From Bacillota bacterium (GTDB taxonomy: Bacteria > Bacillota > Clostridia > Christensenellales > SZUA-584): 64,000 nt of DNA. Under the pieces are notes generated by a model. That model was not told where the DNA came from, searched no databases, and saw only the letters and a list, made by a program, of their open reading frames with translations. A program made the position numbers and the translations under genes. Every line of letters begins with the position of its first letter. Position 1 is the first letter of the stretch. The stretch spans positions 324,693-388,692 of the forward strand of contig JAEYOE010000012.1 in NCBI GenBank assembly GCA_023412005.1. Direction: 5' to 3'. Below are positions 50,333 to 60,413 of the stretch, piece by piece.

Positions 50333-50363
50333 AGCGGCGCCGTCAAGGGCGGCCGCTTTTTTT
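50333..50363 (+). terminator. Intrinsic terminator after the REC-HDOD gene
   Basis: GC-rich stem AGCGGCGCC / GGCGGCCGCT followed by TTTTTTT. The stem covers the stop codon of the convergent transglutaminase gene. Confidence 0.75.
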
Positions 50364-52619
50364 AATTATGCGCGCAAAAAAGTAGCCGAAGAAACCAAGC
50401 TCATGGCGCAGTTGCTTTTCCAAATCGGTGTAAAATTCCGACAGCAGCCGGACATCTTCCTCGGTTGGCTCCTTGCAGCCAAAACGCATCTTCATAACGG
50501 GCAGAAATAATTCGAAAATGTGTTGCGGGGTAAGCTTTTCTTCCAGCCGCAGCGCAAAACTCTGGATGGTGTCTGACGGGTGCTGATGAATACCCATACA
50601 AGCTGCCTGATGCAATATCTTGCGGTAATACATCGTCAGCCGGTCTCCGGGGGTTGTATACTTATGCTTTGTATCGTATCCGCTTCGCTGAAGGCTGATA
50701 TACCGAATGATGAAAAAGAAGATGACCGCAGCCAAAAAGCCCGCTAACAAGATGAGCAGCACGAGCAGAGCAGGAGGGATACCGTCATTTTGGGCGAATA
50801 ATGGGCTCGAATCCAAAGCTGTTTTCGGCGCGGACGAAGAAATCGGCGGTATAAAGTCGGATTCTGACGTATTCGTATCGACAGTCGCGTCCTCGTCTGC
50901 ATTCCACCCCGTCGCATCGAACGGAACCCAGCCAATACCCCGAAAATAAACCTCTGTCCAGGCATGCGATGTCGCATTGGTGGCGACATAGTCGGTATCC
51001 GATTTGGAATATGGGCTGCTCTTTAAGCCAAACCCAATCACATAGCGCGCAGGTAAACCGACGCATCGGGACATTACCGTCATGGCGCTGGCAAAATAAA
51101 CACAGTATCCTTGGCGGTATTCCAGAAACGAAGCCACGAAATCCTCATCTTCCGTCGGATTGCCAGGTGTCAGTGAATATGTGCAATGGGTATTCAGCCA
51201 GTTTTTAATCGCAAGGGCTTTCTGATAGGGGGTGACGCAGTCTGTGGTGATCGTGCGTGCCGCTTCGCTAACCGATGGCGGCAGCGAGGCCGGAAGCGAC
51301 AGATATGCGGTGCTGACGGGATCGATGGAAGGGTCTGGAGCATCCATAGCCAGAGCTTCCAACGCAAGCATATTGTTATCATAGTTGTCTGCTTCTGTGT
51401 TGAAAACAACCGTGTCAAACGCGTAACTGAACTGCCCCTGAGTGTTAAGAGTGAACAGTTCTGCCTGATTATTGAAGTACAAATCAGACGTTTCGGGTTT
51501 TTTGCTGGTGACGGTCAGCAGCTTGCCCGCAATAAACAGTGTGCGCCCCTTCAACGTACCGGTAACTTCAAACGAGGCCGGCATTGTGACCGCATCAATA
51601 AGCTTCGCGGCCTCAGGGCTGACGCCGTCCGGCAGGTTCAAGCAAAAGGCGTTAACTTTTTGGGAGCTGCTGAAAATACTTTGATACCTATGACGCTGAC
51701 GAGAATATGAATCGTACCATCTGGTTCCGTCGTAGGCATCGAACACAGCGCCGGTTAACCGAACGGGTGTAGACGTATTAACACTGAGCACAATGTCGTT
51801 ATTTGCGGTGATGTTTCCGCCCAGCCTGTTTTCCAATGGTGAGAAACCGGTTACTCCCATGTTAAAAGACCCGTCTGCAGGCGATTGATTCTGACTAAAA
51901 CCCAGATAGTCAGAAATGTCCGAAACGGCATTGACCAGCGGTTTACATTGCCAGTCTTTATTATTGGCGGGCGCGATAAGAAAAACAGCCAAAAGCAAAA
52001 CAGGCATCAGCATGATAGCCGAAATAGACAGCATGGCACTGGTGATTCCGTTTTTTTGCTGATGGCTTATTTTGTTGCCGCGCATTTTGGCGAGCGACAC
52101 AAACAAGACGAACAGCAGCATAATGACAATAGGCCACAACGCAGTGGATTGGCTTAAAGCTGCTGCAAGCAGCATAGCCAGAATAGCAGGGGGCAGTAAA
52201 TAGAAGAAAAACAATCGGCGATAAAACAAAAAGCCAAGGGCTGCCACCGGTAGAGCATAAAACGCATGAACGATAATAATGCTGCCGTCTGTTGAATACG
52301 GTAGCGTGTCTTTATAGCCGCTGACGCACCACGAAAAAAATCCGTTGATATACGCGGCCACTGCCTCGTCTGCCTCAAGCACGGCCGTGATAATCACTGT
52401 CAGCAGTATTGCGGCCCCCAAAAATGCCGGTAGTATCCACCATCTGCGCGAAAACAATATGACCAGCAACGTATCGGCAATCATCAGCAGCAGACATTCA
52501 CCCCAGCCGACATCCATGCGCAGCGCGGGAAAAAGCAGCGCGCAAAAAGCTGTGCCAAGCAGCAAGCTGCAGATAGCATCAGAAATCATTCCTGCGGTTT
52601 TTGAGCTCAGAAACGTCAT
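50343..52619 (-). CDS. Transglutaminase-like membrane protein (TgpA-like)
   Basis: Multiple N-terminal TM helices. Cys-His-Asp core context: GYCVYFASAM, SHAWTEVYF, VPFDAT. I prefer the ATG at 52619 (GAGGA SD overlapping the DUF58 stop). Confidence 0.88.
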   Translation of the reverse strand: MTFLSSKTAGMISDAICSLLLGTAFCALLFPALRMDVGWGECLLLMIADTLLVILFSRRWWILPAFLGAAILLTVIITAVLEADEAVAAYINGFFSWCVSGYKDTLPYSTDGSIIIVHAFYALPVAALGFLFYRRLFFFYLLPPAILAMLLAAALSQSTALWPIVIMLLFVLFVSLAKMRGNKISHQQKNGITSAMLSISAIMLMPVLLLAVFLIAPANNKDWQCKPLVNAVSDISDYLGFSQNQSPADGSFNMGVTGFSPLENRLGGNITANNDIVLSVNTSTPVRLTGAVFDAYDGTRWYDSYSRQRHRYQSIFSSSQKVNAFCLNLPDGVSPEAAKLIDAVTMPASFEVTGTLKGRTLFIAGKLLTVTSKKPETSDLYFNNQAELFTLNTQGQFSYAFDTVVFNTEADNYDNNMLALEALAMDAPDPSIDPVSTAYLSLPASLPPSVSEAARTITTDCVTPYQKALAIKNWLNTHCTYSLTPGNPTEDEDFVASFLEYRQGYCVYFASAMTVMSRCVGLPARYVIGFGLKSSPYSKSDTDYVATNATSHAWTEVYFRGIGWVPFDATGWNADEDATVDTNTSESDFIPPISSSAPKTALDSSPLFAQNDGIPPALLVLLILLAGFLAAVIFFFIIRYISLQRSGYDTKHKYTTPGDRLTMYYRKILHQAACMGIHQHPSDTIQSFALRLEEKLTPQHIFELFLPVMKMRFGCKEPTEEDVRLLSEFYTDLEKQLRHELGFFGYFFARIIKKSGRP

Positions 52620-52627
52620 GGTATTCC

Positions 52628-53794
52628 TCAAAATAAAATACCGCTCAAGCTGGCGGCAGCATCAGAACCGGGCTCCACAACATGGGTCGGCATCGTTGAT
52701 CCGGCTGTTTTTCCCCCAATCAATACCATTGAAGCAGCAATACTGGCAGAAAATAAGCGCAGAACCGTTTGTGTGACAGAGAGCTCCGGGTCGCGCGTCA
52801 GGATAAACAAAGATTTTGCGGCTGCTGCCTTAAATTGCACCTTTGTTATCGCGGCAGAGAAGTCGACAGTTTGCTCGAAGGGCAGCAAGGCCAGCGCGCG
52901 GCGAAGCACTTCGAAATCGGTAACGGAACGGCAACGGATGGGGGAGCTTATGCCGTGAGAACTCAAGAGGCTGACCGATTGGTTCTTTGTTAAGCAGTAA
53001 AGAGCGATGCACGCGGCGCATTCACAGACGGTATCCGCATAAATAAGCGCCTCTTCTCCACTGAGCCCATGAAGGCCGGTGTCTATCAGAATCACGATAT
53101 GCTCTCGCTCCGGAAATTCATACTGGCGGACATACAGCTGCCCCAACTGGGCTGATTTTTTCCAGTTGATAAGTTTGGCCGGATCCCCGTTTTGATAAAG
53201 CCGCGCGCCAGAAATGCTGTCGCCATGCTCGGCATGTTTCAAATAGGAAGCGCGGTGCATCTTTGAATCGGATATATGACTGGGCAGATTGCTGGGTATG
53301 CGTGCCCGCGGGAGCACAATCAGCTTAGGCATTCGGTAAAATGAAAACCGCCGCATATCAAAAGACATTGTGACAAGGCCGAATATATCGGTCACTTTGA
53401 TTCGGGTCATACCAACATTAAAATGACCTCGGTAAGGTGTGTTTACGGGTATTTCAAAAACCTGACCGGTATACGGTGCAAGGCTGAAAAGAAGACGGAT
53501 GTCCTCGTGAACTGACACGACGCTGACGTGAACCTCAATTAGCGACAAAGGCACCGGACGTTCGTTGACGATTTCTAGATGCAAAGAGGTGGCTTCTGCT
53601 TTTTCACGGGTCTTGTCGGACAATTCCTGCTGATATGAGAAAGAACGAAAAGTCCAATAGTTGATGATGATCATTGTGATAACAACCAGAAGCTGCGTTA
53701 AAAAAACAATGTAATAAATGCGCATGCCGGTATACATACCAAACAATAGGCATATCAGCATCACAGCATAATAAAATCCTCTTAAGGCTTTCAT
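52628..53794 (-). CDS. DUF58-family protein
   Basis: Two N-terminal TM helices. DUF58-type motif ARLYQNGDPAKLINWKKSA...YVRQYE. ATGA overlap with moxR. Confidence 0.85.
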   Translation of the reverse strand: MKALRGFYYAVMLICLLFGMYTGMRIYYIVFLTQLLVVITMIIINYWTFRSFSYQQELSDKTREKAEATSLHLEIVNERPVPLSLIEVHVSVVSVHEDIRLLFSLAPYTGQVFEIPVNTPYRGHFNVGMTRIKVTDIFGLVTMSFDMRRFSFYRMPKLIVLPRARIPSNLPSHISDSKMHRASYLKHAEHGDSISGARLYQNGDPAKLINWKKSAQLGQLYVRQYEFPEREHIVILIDTGLHGLSGEEALIYADTVCECAACIALYCLTKNQSVSLLSSHGISSPIRCRSVTDFEVLRRALALLPFEQTVDFSAAITKVQFKAAAAKSLFILTRDPELSVTQTVLRLFSASIAASMVLIGGKTAGSTMPTHVVEPGSDAAASLSGILF

Positions 53795-54741
53795 GACACA
53801 CCGGGGACTTTAATAGATTGAATGATCAGCTGCACGATATTCTCCGCTGTTTCATTTTCCTGCAGCGCTGTCAGGCTCAGCATCAAGCGGTGAGCCAGCA
53901 CAGGAGCGGCCATGGCTTGAACATCATCGGGCAGCGTGTAATGTCGGCCTTGCAGCATCGCATGAGCCATTGCCGCATTCATCAACGCCAGTGAGCCGCG
54001 CGGGCTGATACCCAGCGCAACACGGCTGTGACGGCGCGTGGCTTCGGTGATGGAGACGATATAATTCATCACCGCGTTTTCGCAAATAATACCCGCATGG
54101 CAGGCGCGCAGACGCATAATATCCTCAGCATCGGCAACGGGTTCCACAGAATCCATCGGTCTTGAGCCTTTATTGCGTTTTAATATATCAATCTCATCGG
54201 TCTTTTGGGGATAACCGATGGATAGCTTAAACAAAAACCGGTCGAGCTGCGCTTCGGGAAGCGGGTAAGTGCCCACATGTTCAACTGGATTTTGGGTTGC
54301 GAGTACAATAAAAGGCTGAGGCACGGGATGGCTGATGCCGTCAATCGTGATCTGACCCTCCTGCATCACTTCAAGCAAGCTGGACTGTGTTTTGGGGCTG
54401 GTGCGGTTAATTTCGTCAGCCAAAACAACCTGAGCCATCACACCGCCGAAAACAACGTCTCTTTCTCCGCTTGCAGGATTAAAAACCGTATACCCCGTGA
54501 CATCAGACGGCAGAACATCAGGCGTGAATTGTATCCGCCTGTACGAGCATTTTAATGAGCGTGCGAGGGCGGAGACGAGCGTCGTTTTGCCGACACCCGG
54601 TACATCCTCAATAAGCACATGGCCGCTGCAAATAAGCGCTGCCAAAATCATTTCAATAATGTTTTCTTTGCCGACGATAACCTTTGAAATGTTTTCTTTG
54701 ATGCGCGAAATCAGATCAAGGCCGGATGTGAGATTATTCAT
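53791..54741 (-). CDS. MoxR-family AAA+ ATPase
   Basis: Walker A EDVPGVGKT, Walker B LADEINR, and the ATQNP motif. Confidence 0.92.
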   Translation of the reverse strand: MNNLTSGLDLISRIKENISKVIVGKENIIEMILAALICSGHVLIEDVPGVGKTTLVSALARSLKCSYRRIQFTPDVLPSDVTGYTVFNPASGERDVVFGGVMAQVVLADEINRTSPKTQSSLLEVMQEGQITIDGISHPVPQPFIVLATQNPVEHVGTYPLPEAQLDRFLFKLSIGYPQKTDEIDILKRNKGSRPMDSVEPVADAEDIMRLRACHAGIICENAVMNYIVSITEATRRHSRVALGISPRGSLALMNAAMAHAMLQGRHYTLPDDVQAMAAPVLAHRLMLSLTALQENETAENIVQLIIQSIKVPGVS

Positions 54742-55121
54742 AATAAAACGTCCCTGTAAAAAAGTTTAATAATATTAATGTTTTCCACTATATTCTACTT
54801 CAAATTAAAGTATTTATCGAGAGTTTTTTTAATTGTTTAAAAACGGTAAAAAAAGATTGGAAGATCAGAAATTTGGGGGCTTACGAGGGCTGCCCGGCCG
54901 GGACAAGCCTTTTATAAGAGCAACCCTCGCCCTAATAAATTAGCGTATTCTACTTAACAGCAACTTAACAGGCCGGTAACACAACACAAAATTCCAACTA
55001 TCACGCAATAACAATTGTAATGAAAACCCTATAAAATGTAATATGTTTGTGTTTTGAAATGTATTTTCTGTTTAATAAATAATTAATTAATTAATATGGA
55101 AGTAAAAAGGAGATGGTGCAT

Positions 55122-57266
55122 ATGAAGTGGTTTTTAAATCGAAAGCTCAGTTTTAAGATTATTTCTGGTTTTTTGGTAATTGCCGTTATTGTTGCAGTGG
55201 TCGGCGCAATGGGTCTTCTGAGTATAACGACAATCAATAACGGAAACATAATGATGTATGAGGAAAATGTGGTTTCGCTGGAAAAACTGGCGGATATGAA
55301 TCAGCTGTATCAGCGGACGCGTGTGATCGTCAGAGATATTATTCTGCTTGACAAAGCGGAAGATAAACAAAGAGAAGTTGAGAATCTGGCAGAAAAGGAT
55401 GCCTCGATACAGGCCATTCTGGACGAGCTGAGAACATTCGTTAATCCGGATGAAGTAGGCAAAATTGATTCGCTGGAAAGCGGCTTGGCATATTATAAGC
55501 CTTTAAGGCAAGCGGTGATTGATCTTGCGCTGGCAGGCAAAGCCGCAGAAGCCTATCAGTCACTGGAAAGTGAAGCGACAGATGCTGCGGCTATGAAGGT
55601 TCAAAACGAGATCAGTGAATGGCAGACTTATACGGCAGATGAATCGCTCGCAGCATACAACGTGAGCCAGCAGGCAGCCGCTGCGGCTACGCTGACTGTG
55701 ATAATCATCATTGCCGTCGGCTTGATTATAGCCATACTACTGGGTTTGTTCATCTCTCGCCAGATCAGCAAGCCTGTAAGGTTTTTATCGGCTGCGGCCA
55801 AAAAGGTAGCAGACGGCGACATGAATGTCGGGATTATCAAATATGATGCAAAAGACGAAGTGGGGGACCTCGTCAGATCGTTCCGGCAGGTGATGAAATC
55901 GGTCCTGGGGCTGATAGAGGATATAAAACAACAAGGCGACGCGGTGATTCACGGGCGTTATTTTGAAAGGTTGAATACCGAAAACCAAAAAGGTGCATAC
56001 AAAGAAGTTCTTGATGGCGTCAATAAGCTGACTGACGCGTTTGTGAATGAAATTGATAAAATACCTATGCCGCTGATGAAAATTGATAAAGACTATAATG
56101 TACAGTTTATCAATGCGCATGCCGCCGCAATGGCAGGCAGAGATCAGCATGACATGTCAGCGATGAAATGCTACGACATTTTCAAAACAGACGACTGTGG
56201 TACAGAAAATTGTGCATGCTCACGCGCAATGGATACTCAAAGCGTTCAGCAGAGAGAAACCAACGCCCGCCCGATGGGTGAAATACGAGAGATCATGTAT
56301 ATTGGCGTTCCTTCATTCAAAGAGGGTGAGGTCATCGGTGCGTTTGAAATTATCAAGGATATGACGGACGTGAAAGCCGCGATGAGAAAAGGGCTAAAGC
56401 AGGCAGATGAGATGAAAGCGCTCTTGGCCGATGTTGATTTGGCTGCTCAGCAGGTTGCGGCAGGTACGGCTCAGGTATCGAGCGGCAGTCAGGCAATCTC
56501 TCAGGGTGCAACCGAGCAGGCAGCCTCCATTGAGGAATTGACATCAACGATCACACAAATTGCATCGCAAACACGGCAGAACGCACTCAGCGCCAATCAG
56601 GCCAATGAGATGTCGGAACAGGCCAAAGAGCAAGCGCAGCAAGGCAACGATCAGATGAGAGCGCTTCAGCAGGCAATGAGTGAAATCAACGAGTCTTCTG
56701 CGAATATTTCCAAGATCATCAAAGTGATCGATGACATCGCGTTTCAAACCAACATACTCGCGCTAAATGCGGCGGTGGAAGCGGCTAGAGCGGGCGTTCA
56801 CGGCAAAGGCTTTGCGGTGGTCGCAGAAGAAGTGAGAAATTTGGCGGCACGCAGCGCAAATGCAGCCAGAGAAACAACGGAACTCATTGAAGGGTCAATG
56901 AAAAAGACCGAGGTTGGAACAAAGATAGCCGATGAAACAGCGATAGCGCTGGCGCACATCGTTGATGTGGTCGGTAAGGCGGTTGAACTCGTGCGAGAGA
57001 TTGCGAATGCCTCCAATCAACAGGCGACGGCTGTGGGGCAGGTGAATATGGGCATAGAGCAGATGTCTCAGGTGGTTCAAACCAACTCGGCAACATCGCA
57101 AGAGGCTGCTGCTGCTGCTCAGGAGCTGTCGAGCCAGGCGGCTATGCTGAAAGACATGGTGAGTACATTCATGCTTAAGCAAAAAGGTGCGCAGACATTA
57201 GGGCCGCCAAGGGATGAAGAGCCATTACAGCTTGATCCGGATAAAGATGATTTCGGGAAATATTAA
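55122..57266 (+). CDS. Methyl-accepting chemotaxis protein (4-helix-bundle sensor, HAMP, PAS-like Cys4 module, signalling domain)
   Basis: Two TM helices, HAMP, a PAS-like segment with C-x8-C-x4-C-x-C, and the conserved MCP tip. The C-terminus is DFGKY. I prefer the ATG at 55122 for SD spacing. Confidence 0.93.
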   Translation: MKWFLNRKLSFKIISGFLVIAVIVAVVGAMGLLSITTINNGNIMMYEENVVSLEKLADMNQLYQRTRVIVRDIILLDKAEDKQREVENLAEKDASIQAILDELRTFVNPDEVGKIDSLESGLAYYKPLRQAVIDLALAGKAAEAYQSLESEATDAAAMKVQNEISEWQTYTADESLAAYNVSQQAAAAATLTVIIIIAVGLIIAILLGLFISRQISKPVRFLSAAAKKVADGDMNVGIIKYDAKDEVGDLVRSFRQVMKSVLGLIEDIKQQGDAVIHGRYFERLNTENQKGAYKEVLDGVNKLTDAFVNEIDKIPMPLMKIDKDYNVQFINAHAAAMAGRDQHDMSAMKCYDIFKTDDCGTENCACSRAMDTQSVQQRETNARPMGEIREIMYIGVPSFKEGEVIGAFEIIKDMTDVKAAMRKGLKQADEMKALLADVDLAAQQVAAGTAQVSSGSQAISQGATEQAASIEELTSTITQIASQTRQNALSANQANEMSEQAKEQAQQGNDQMRALQQAMSEINESSANISKIIKVIDDIAFQTNILALNAAVEAARAGVHGKGFAVVAEEVRNLAARSANAARETTELIEGSMKKTEVGTKIADETAIALAHIVDVVGKAVELVREIANASNQQATAVGQVNMGIEQMSQVVQTNSATSQEAAAAAQELSSQAAMLKDMVSTFMLKQKGAQTLGPPRDEEPLQLDPDKDDFGKY

Positions 57267-57293
57267 TACAAATTGAAAGGCAAAACGCGTCAG

Positions 57294-57333
57294 CCGGTGT
57301 TAGCGGAAATCGCTTTCACCGGTTTTTCTTCTG
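57294..57333 (+). terminator. Intrinsic terminator
   Basis: CCGGTG...CACCGG stem with an inner AGCG/CGCT pair, followed by TTTTTCTTC. Confidence 0.75.
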
Positions 57334-57749
57334 TTGAAAACTTATTCAGTCCTATGAGTTCATAATACTGGTAATCATGACGACTGTGGAACGCTTGAAG
57401 GGCACCTATAAGCATGCTGCTCAAAAAAATATTTGAGTGTTTTATTGAAATGTTTTTAATCCAAAGAGCGGTTGCTGTTATGGAAGCGCAGTTTATTCAA
57501 TCATATTCTTTGACATTTAAGTTGCTTACACAGGGCAATTTTCGGTTATTTGGTTCTAAAAAGGCTGGATAAAACGATTTTAAAATAATTTTGGACGAAA
57601 ATATGGAAGCGCATCGCCACATCAGCTAACGTCAATAATCTCTCAGTTATTGTAATAATCAAAAAAATATTCATATAAATTCATTATGATTCCTGTTAAA
57701 TAGTCATTAATTAACACGATATAATAAGAGATGATCTTAAGAACTCTTG

Positions 57750-57778
57750 TTAAGTGTTCGTTAAGTCATAACGATTAT
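57750..57778 (+). promoter_or_regulatory. Candidate sigma-D/FliA-type promoter
   Basis: TTAAG-17 nt-CGATTAT. The same layout occurs upstream of the next MCP gene and of cheW. Confidence 0.4.
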
Positions 57779-57870
57779 GAATAAGAATAGAAAATGTTTC
57801 TTGGGTTGTGTGAACTTATTGCAACAGGAGATAAATTTTCGAGTAAGTCTATTTTTGAGGAGAGATAGAA

Positions 57871-60132
57871 ATGAAATCATTAAAAACAAAAATGATCGTG
57901 ATATTCTCGGTGACAATGTCGTTGGTGCTTGCTGCCATTGGCACGATAACGGTTATTAACGTCAGGAATATTATGGTGCCGCTGAACAACAATCTGACGA
58001 CTCAGGTTGTTAACGCAAGATCAGATGAACTCGGAAAGTATCTCAAAGGCATTGAGTATGAGATGAAAACTTGGTCGGAAGAAAATGTTGTAAGCTCGGG
58101 TGATGCCGATACCATTTGGGCTGAGCTGCAAAAAAAGCAGAGCAAGTTAAGGCCTGATTTTGAAATGCTTCTCTATTCTGATATTGACGGGAACTTCTAT
58201 TCATCTTTGGGTGGAAAAGGAACGATTGCGGACCGTGAATATTTTATGCAAATCAAGAATGGCAGCAGCTATAGCTTAAGCAATCCCGTAGAATCAAGAG
58301 CCACCGGAAAAACAATTTTTGTGGCGGCTCACGAAGTGAAAAATGAACAGGGTAAGCTTGTCGGCGTGATTGCCGCTACAATACTGCTCGATACGTTTAA
58401 CGATGTTGTTAACAATATTAAAATCGGAGAAAAAGGATTCGCCTGGATAACGGATTCCACCGGACTGATCATTGCACATCCCGATAGTGATATCCGTTTA
58501 AAGCTCAATGCGATCGAATCAGAAAAAAGCGGGTTTGTCGGCTTGGATGAAGTGGGTAAGAGCATGATGGCCGGTCAAGCAGGTATGAAAGAATACTTTA
58601 AAGCAGGTGAGAAAGCAATTTCCATATTTGCGCCGATTCCCGATACACCCAATTGGTCCATGGCATATACAATGTATGAAACAGAGCTGATGGCCCCCAT
58701 CGACAGTTTAACAACAACGATTTTGATCGTTATTGCTTTGGCTATATTGGTTAATGCCGCGATCACCTTCTTTGTTGCATCGAATACGGTACGGCCCATA
58801 AAAGCGACTGCCGAATGTGCGAAAGCGTTGGCAAGCGGCCATTTGGATGCCCCGCTTAGCGTTAAATCTAAAGATGAGATTGCTGAACTTGCACAAGTTT
58901 TAAATAATCAGGTTCGGCAGGCATTTAAGGACATCGAATCGGCAAAGGCCATCGCTGACAAACAGGCAAAGTATCAGGCGCAAGAGGTTGAAAAGGTGGT
59001 TGTGAACCTTGAACGGTTATCCCGCGGAGAACTGTACTGCGATATAACCGTTAATGAACCGGACGAAGATACGAAAGAACTATTCCGGGTTTATGATGCC
59101 ATTGCCTCTAACCTTCACAATGCAATCGGGTCAATGAGCGGCTATATCAGCGAGATTACCCAAGTGCTTGGCGAAATGGCAGATGGCAATCTTGATGTGG
59201 GAATCAGATCGGAATACAAAGGGGACTTTGTTAAGCTCAAAGAATCTATCAATGGCATCGTGCTTTCGTTGAACGAATTGATGAGCGAAATTAACACGGC
59301 ATCACAGCAGGTGGCTGCGGGAACCTCGCAGGTGTCGGATGGCAGTCAAGCCATTTCACAGGGCGCATCTGAGCAGGCGGCATCGATTGAAGAACTGACA
59401 GCGACGATTACCCAGATTGCAGCGCAAACAAGGCAGAATGCGCTGAGTGCAGGCAAAGCCAGTGAGATGTCGGAGCAAGCCAAAGACAGTGCGGTATCCG
59501 GCAACGATCAGATGAAGGCGCTGCAGCAGGCCATGTCTCAGATCAACGAGTCGTCCGCAAGCATATCAAAGATCATCAAAGTGATCGATGATATCGCGTT
59601 CCAAACCAATATCCTCGCGCTGAACGCAGCGGTGGAAGCGGCAAGAGCCGGTGTTCACGGCAAGGGGTTTGCGGTGGTTGCCGAAGAAGTGAGAAACCTC
59701 GCGGCCCGCAGTGCAGCGGCAGCCAAAGAGACAACAGAGCTGATTGAAGGATCGATCAAAAAGGCGGATGCCGGCACCAAGATAGCGGACGAGACGGCGG
59801 AAGCGCTGGGGCGTATTGTTGACGTGGTTGAGCAGACTGTGAAACTGGTGGGTGAGATTGCGGAAGCGTCGAACCAGCAGGCATCGGCAGTCGGGCAAGT
59901 GAACAGAGGCATTGAGCAGATGTCGCAGGTGGTGCAGACGAATTCGGCAACGTCTCAACAGACAGCAGCAGCGGCAGAAGAGCTTTCGAGCCAAGCCGCC
60001 ATGCTCAAAGAAATGGTCAGCAAGTTCACTCTCAGTGAAGCAAGTGCTGCGCATTTAGTCAGCGGCAGAGCCGATAACATGAATTTGGCGGAGCACTTAT
60101 CGCTTGCTGACAGTGATTTCGGTAAGTATTGA
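57871..60132 (+). CDS. Methyl-accepting chemotaxis protein (double-Cache sensor, HAMP, unassigned insert, HAMP-like segment, signalling domain)
   Basis: dCache-like periplasmic region between two TM helices, and the conserved tip. The C-terminus is DFGKY. Confidence 0.93.
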   Translation: MKSLKTKMIVIFSVTMSLVLAAIGTITVINVRNIMVPLNNNLTTQVVNARSDELGKYLKGIEYEMKTWSEENVVSSGDADTIWAELQKKQSKLRPDFEMLLYSDIDGNFYSSLGGKGTIADREYFMQIKNGSSYSLSNPVESRATGKTIFVAAHEVKNEQGKLVGVIAATILLDTFNDVVNNIKIGEKGFAWITDSTGLIIAHPDSDIRLKLNAIESEKSGFVGLDEVGKSMMAGQAGMKEYFKAGEKAISIFAPIPDTPNWSMAYTMYETELMAPIDSLTTTILIVIALAILVNAAITFFVASNTVRPIKATAECAKALASGHLDAPLSVKSKDEIAELAQVLNNQVRQAFKDIESAKAIADKQAKYQAQEVEKVVVNLERLSRGELYCDITVNEPDEDTKELFRVYDAIASNLHNAIGSMSGYISEITQVLGEMADGNLDVGIRSEYKGDFVKLKESINGIVLSLNELMSEINTASQQVAAGTSQVSDGSQAISQGASEQAASIEELTATITQIAAQTRQNALSAGKASEMSEQAKDSAVSGNDQMKALQQAMSQINESSASISKIIKVIDDIAFQTNILALNAAVEAARAGVHGKGFAVVAEEVRNLAARSAAAAKETTELIEGSIKKADAGTKIADETAEALGRIVDVVEQTVKLVGEIAEASNQQASAVGQVNRGIEQMSQVVQTNSATSQQTAAAAEELSSQAAMLKEMVSKFTLSEASAAHLVSGRADNMNLAEHLSLADSDFGKY

Positions 60133-60157
60133 AAAATGGCCGATTGACTTGATGAGA

Positions 60158-60194
60158 GGGTTCCCAACATACAATGCGGGAACCCTGTCTTTAT
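60158..60194 (+). terminator. Stem-loop terminator with a weak T tract
   Basis: GGGTTCCC...GGGAACCC followed by TGTCTTTAT. Confidence 0.55.
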
Positions 60195-60287
60195 ATGAAA
60201 GGACCGGCGCAGGCTAAGAGAATAAAGTGTAATCAATTTTTAAAAAAGTACGATATAACAAAAAGGCGATCGGTCGTAAGGCTTTTG

Positions 60288-60316
60288 TTAAGTACTTGTT
60301 AAGGAATAACCATTAT
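60288..60316 (+). promoter_or_regulatory. Candidate sigma-D/FliA-type promoter
   Basis: TTAAG-17 nt-CCATTAT. A second possible -10 element, CGATATAA, lies at 60251-60258. Confidence 0.35.
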
Positions 60317-60413
60317 AAATTATATAGGAATTATTTATTGGATTGTATAAACCATATAACAATCATGTCATTTATTTACGAAAACATAATTTTTAAAAAA
60401 TGGAGATGGGAAA

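Noticed and set aside
54954-54980. TTAAC-14 nt-CCGGTAAC upstream of the MCP at 55122, as a fourth sigma-D-like promoter.
   Set aside because: The spacer is 2-3 nt shorter than in the other three. Both the -35 and -10 elements deviate. It lies about 140 nt from the start codon. I am not confident in it.
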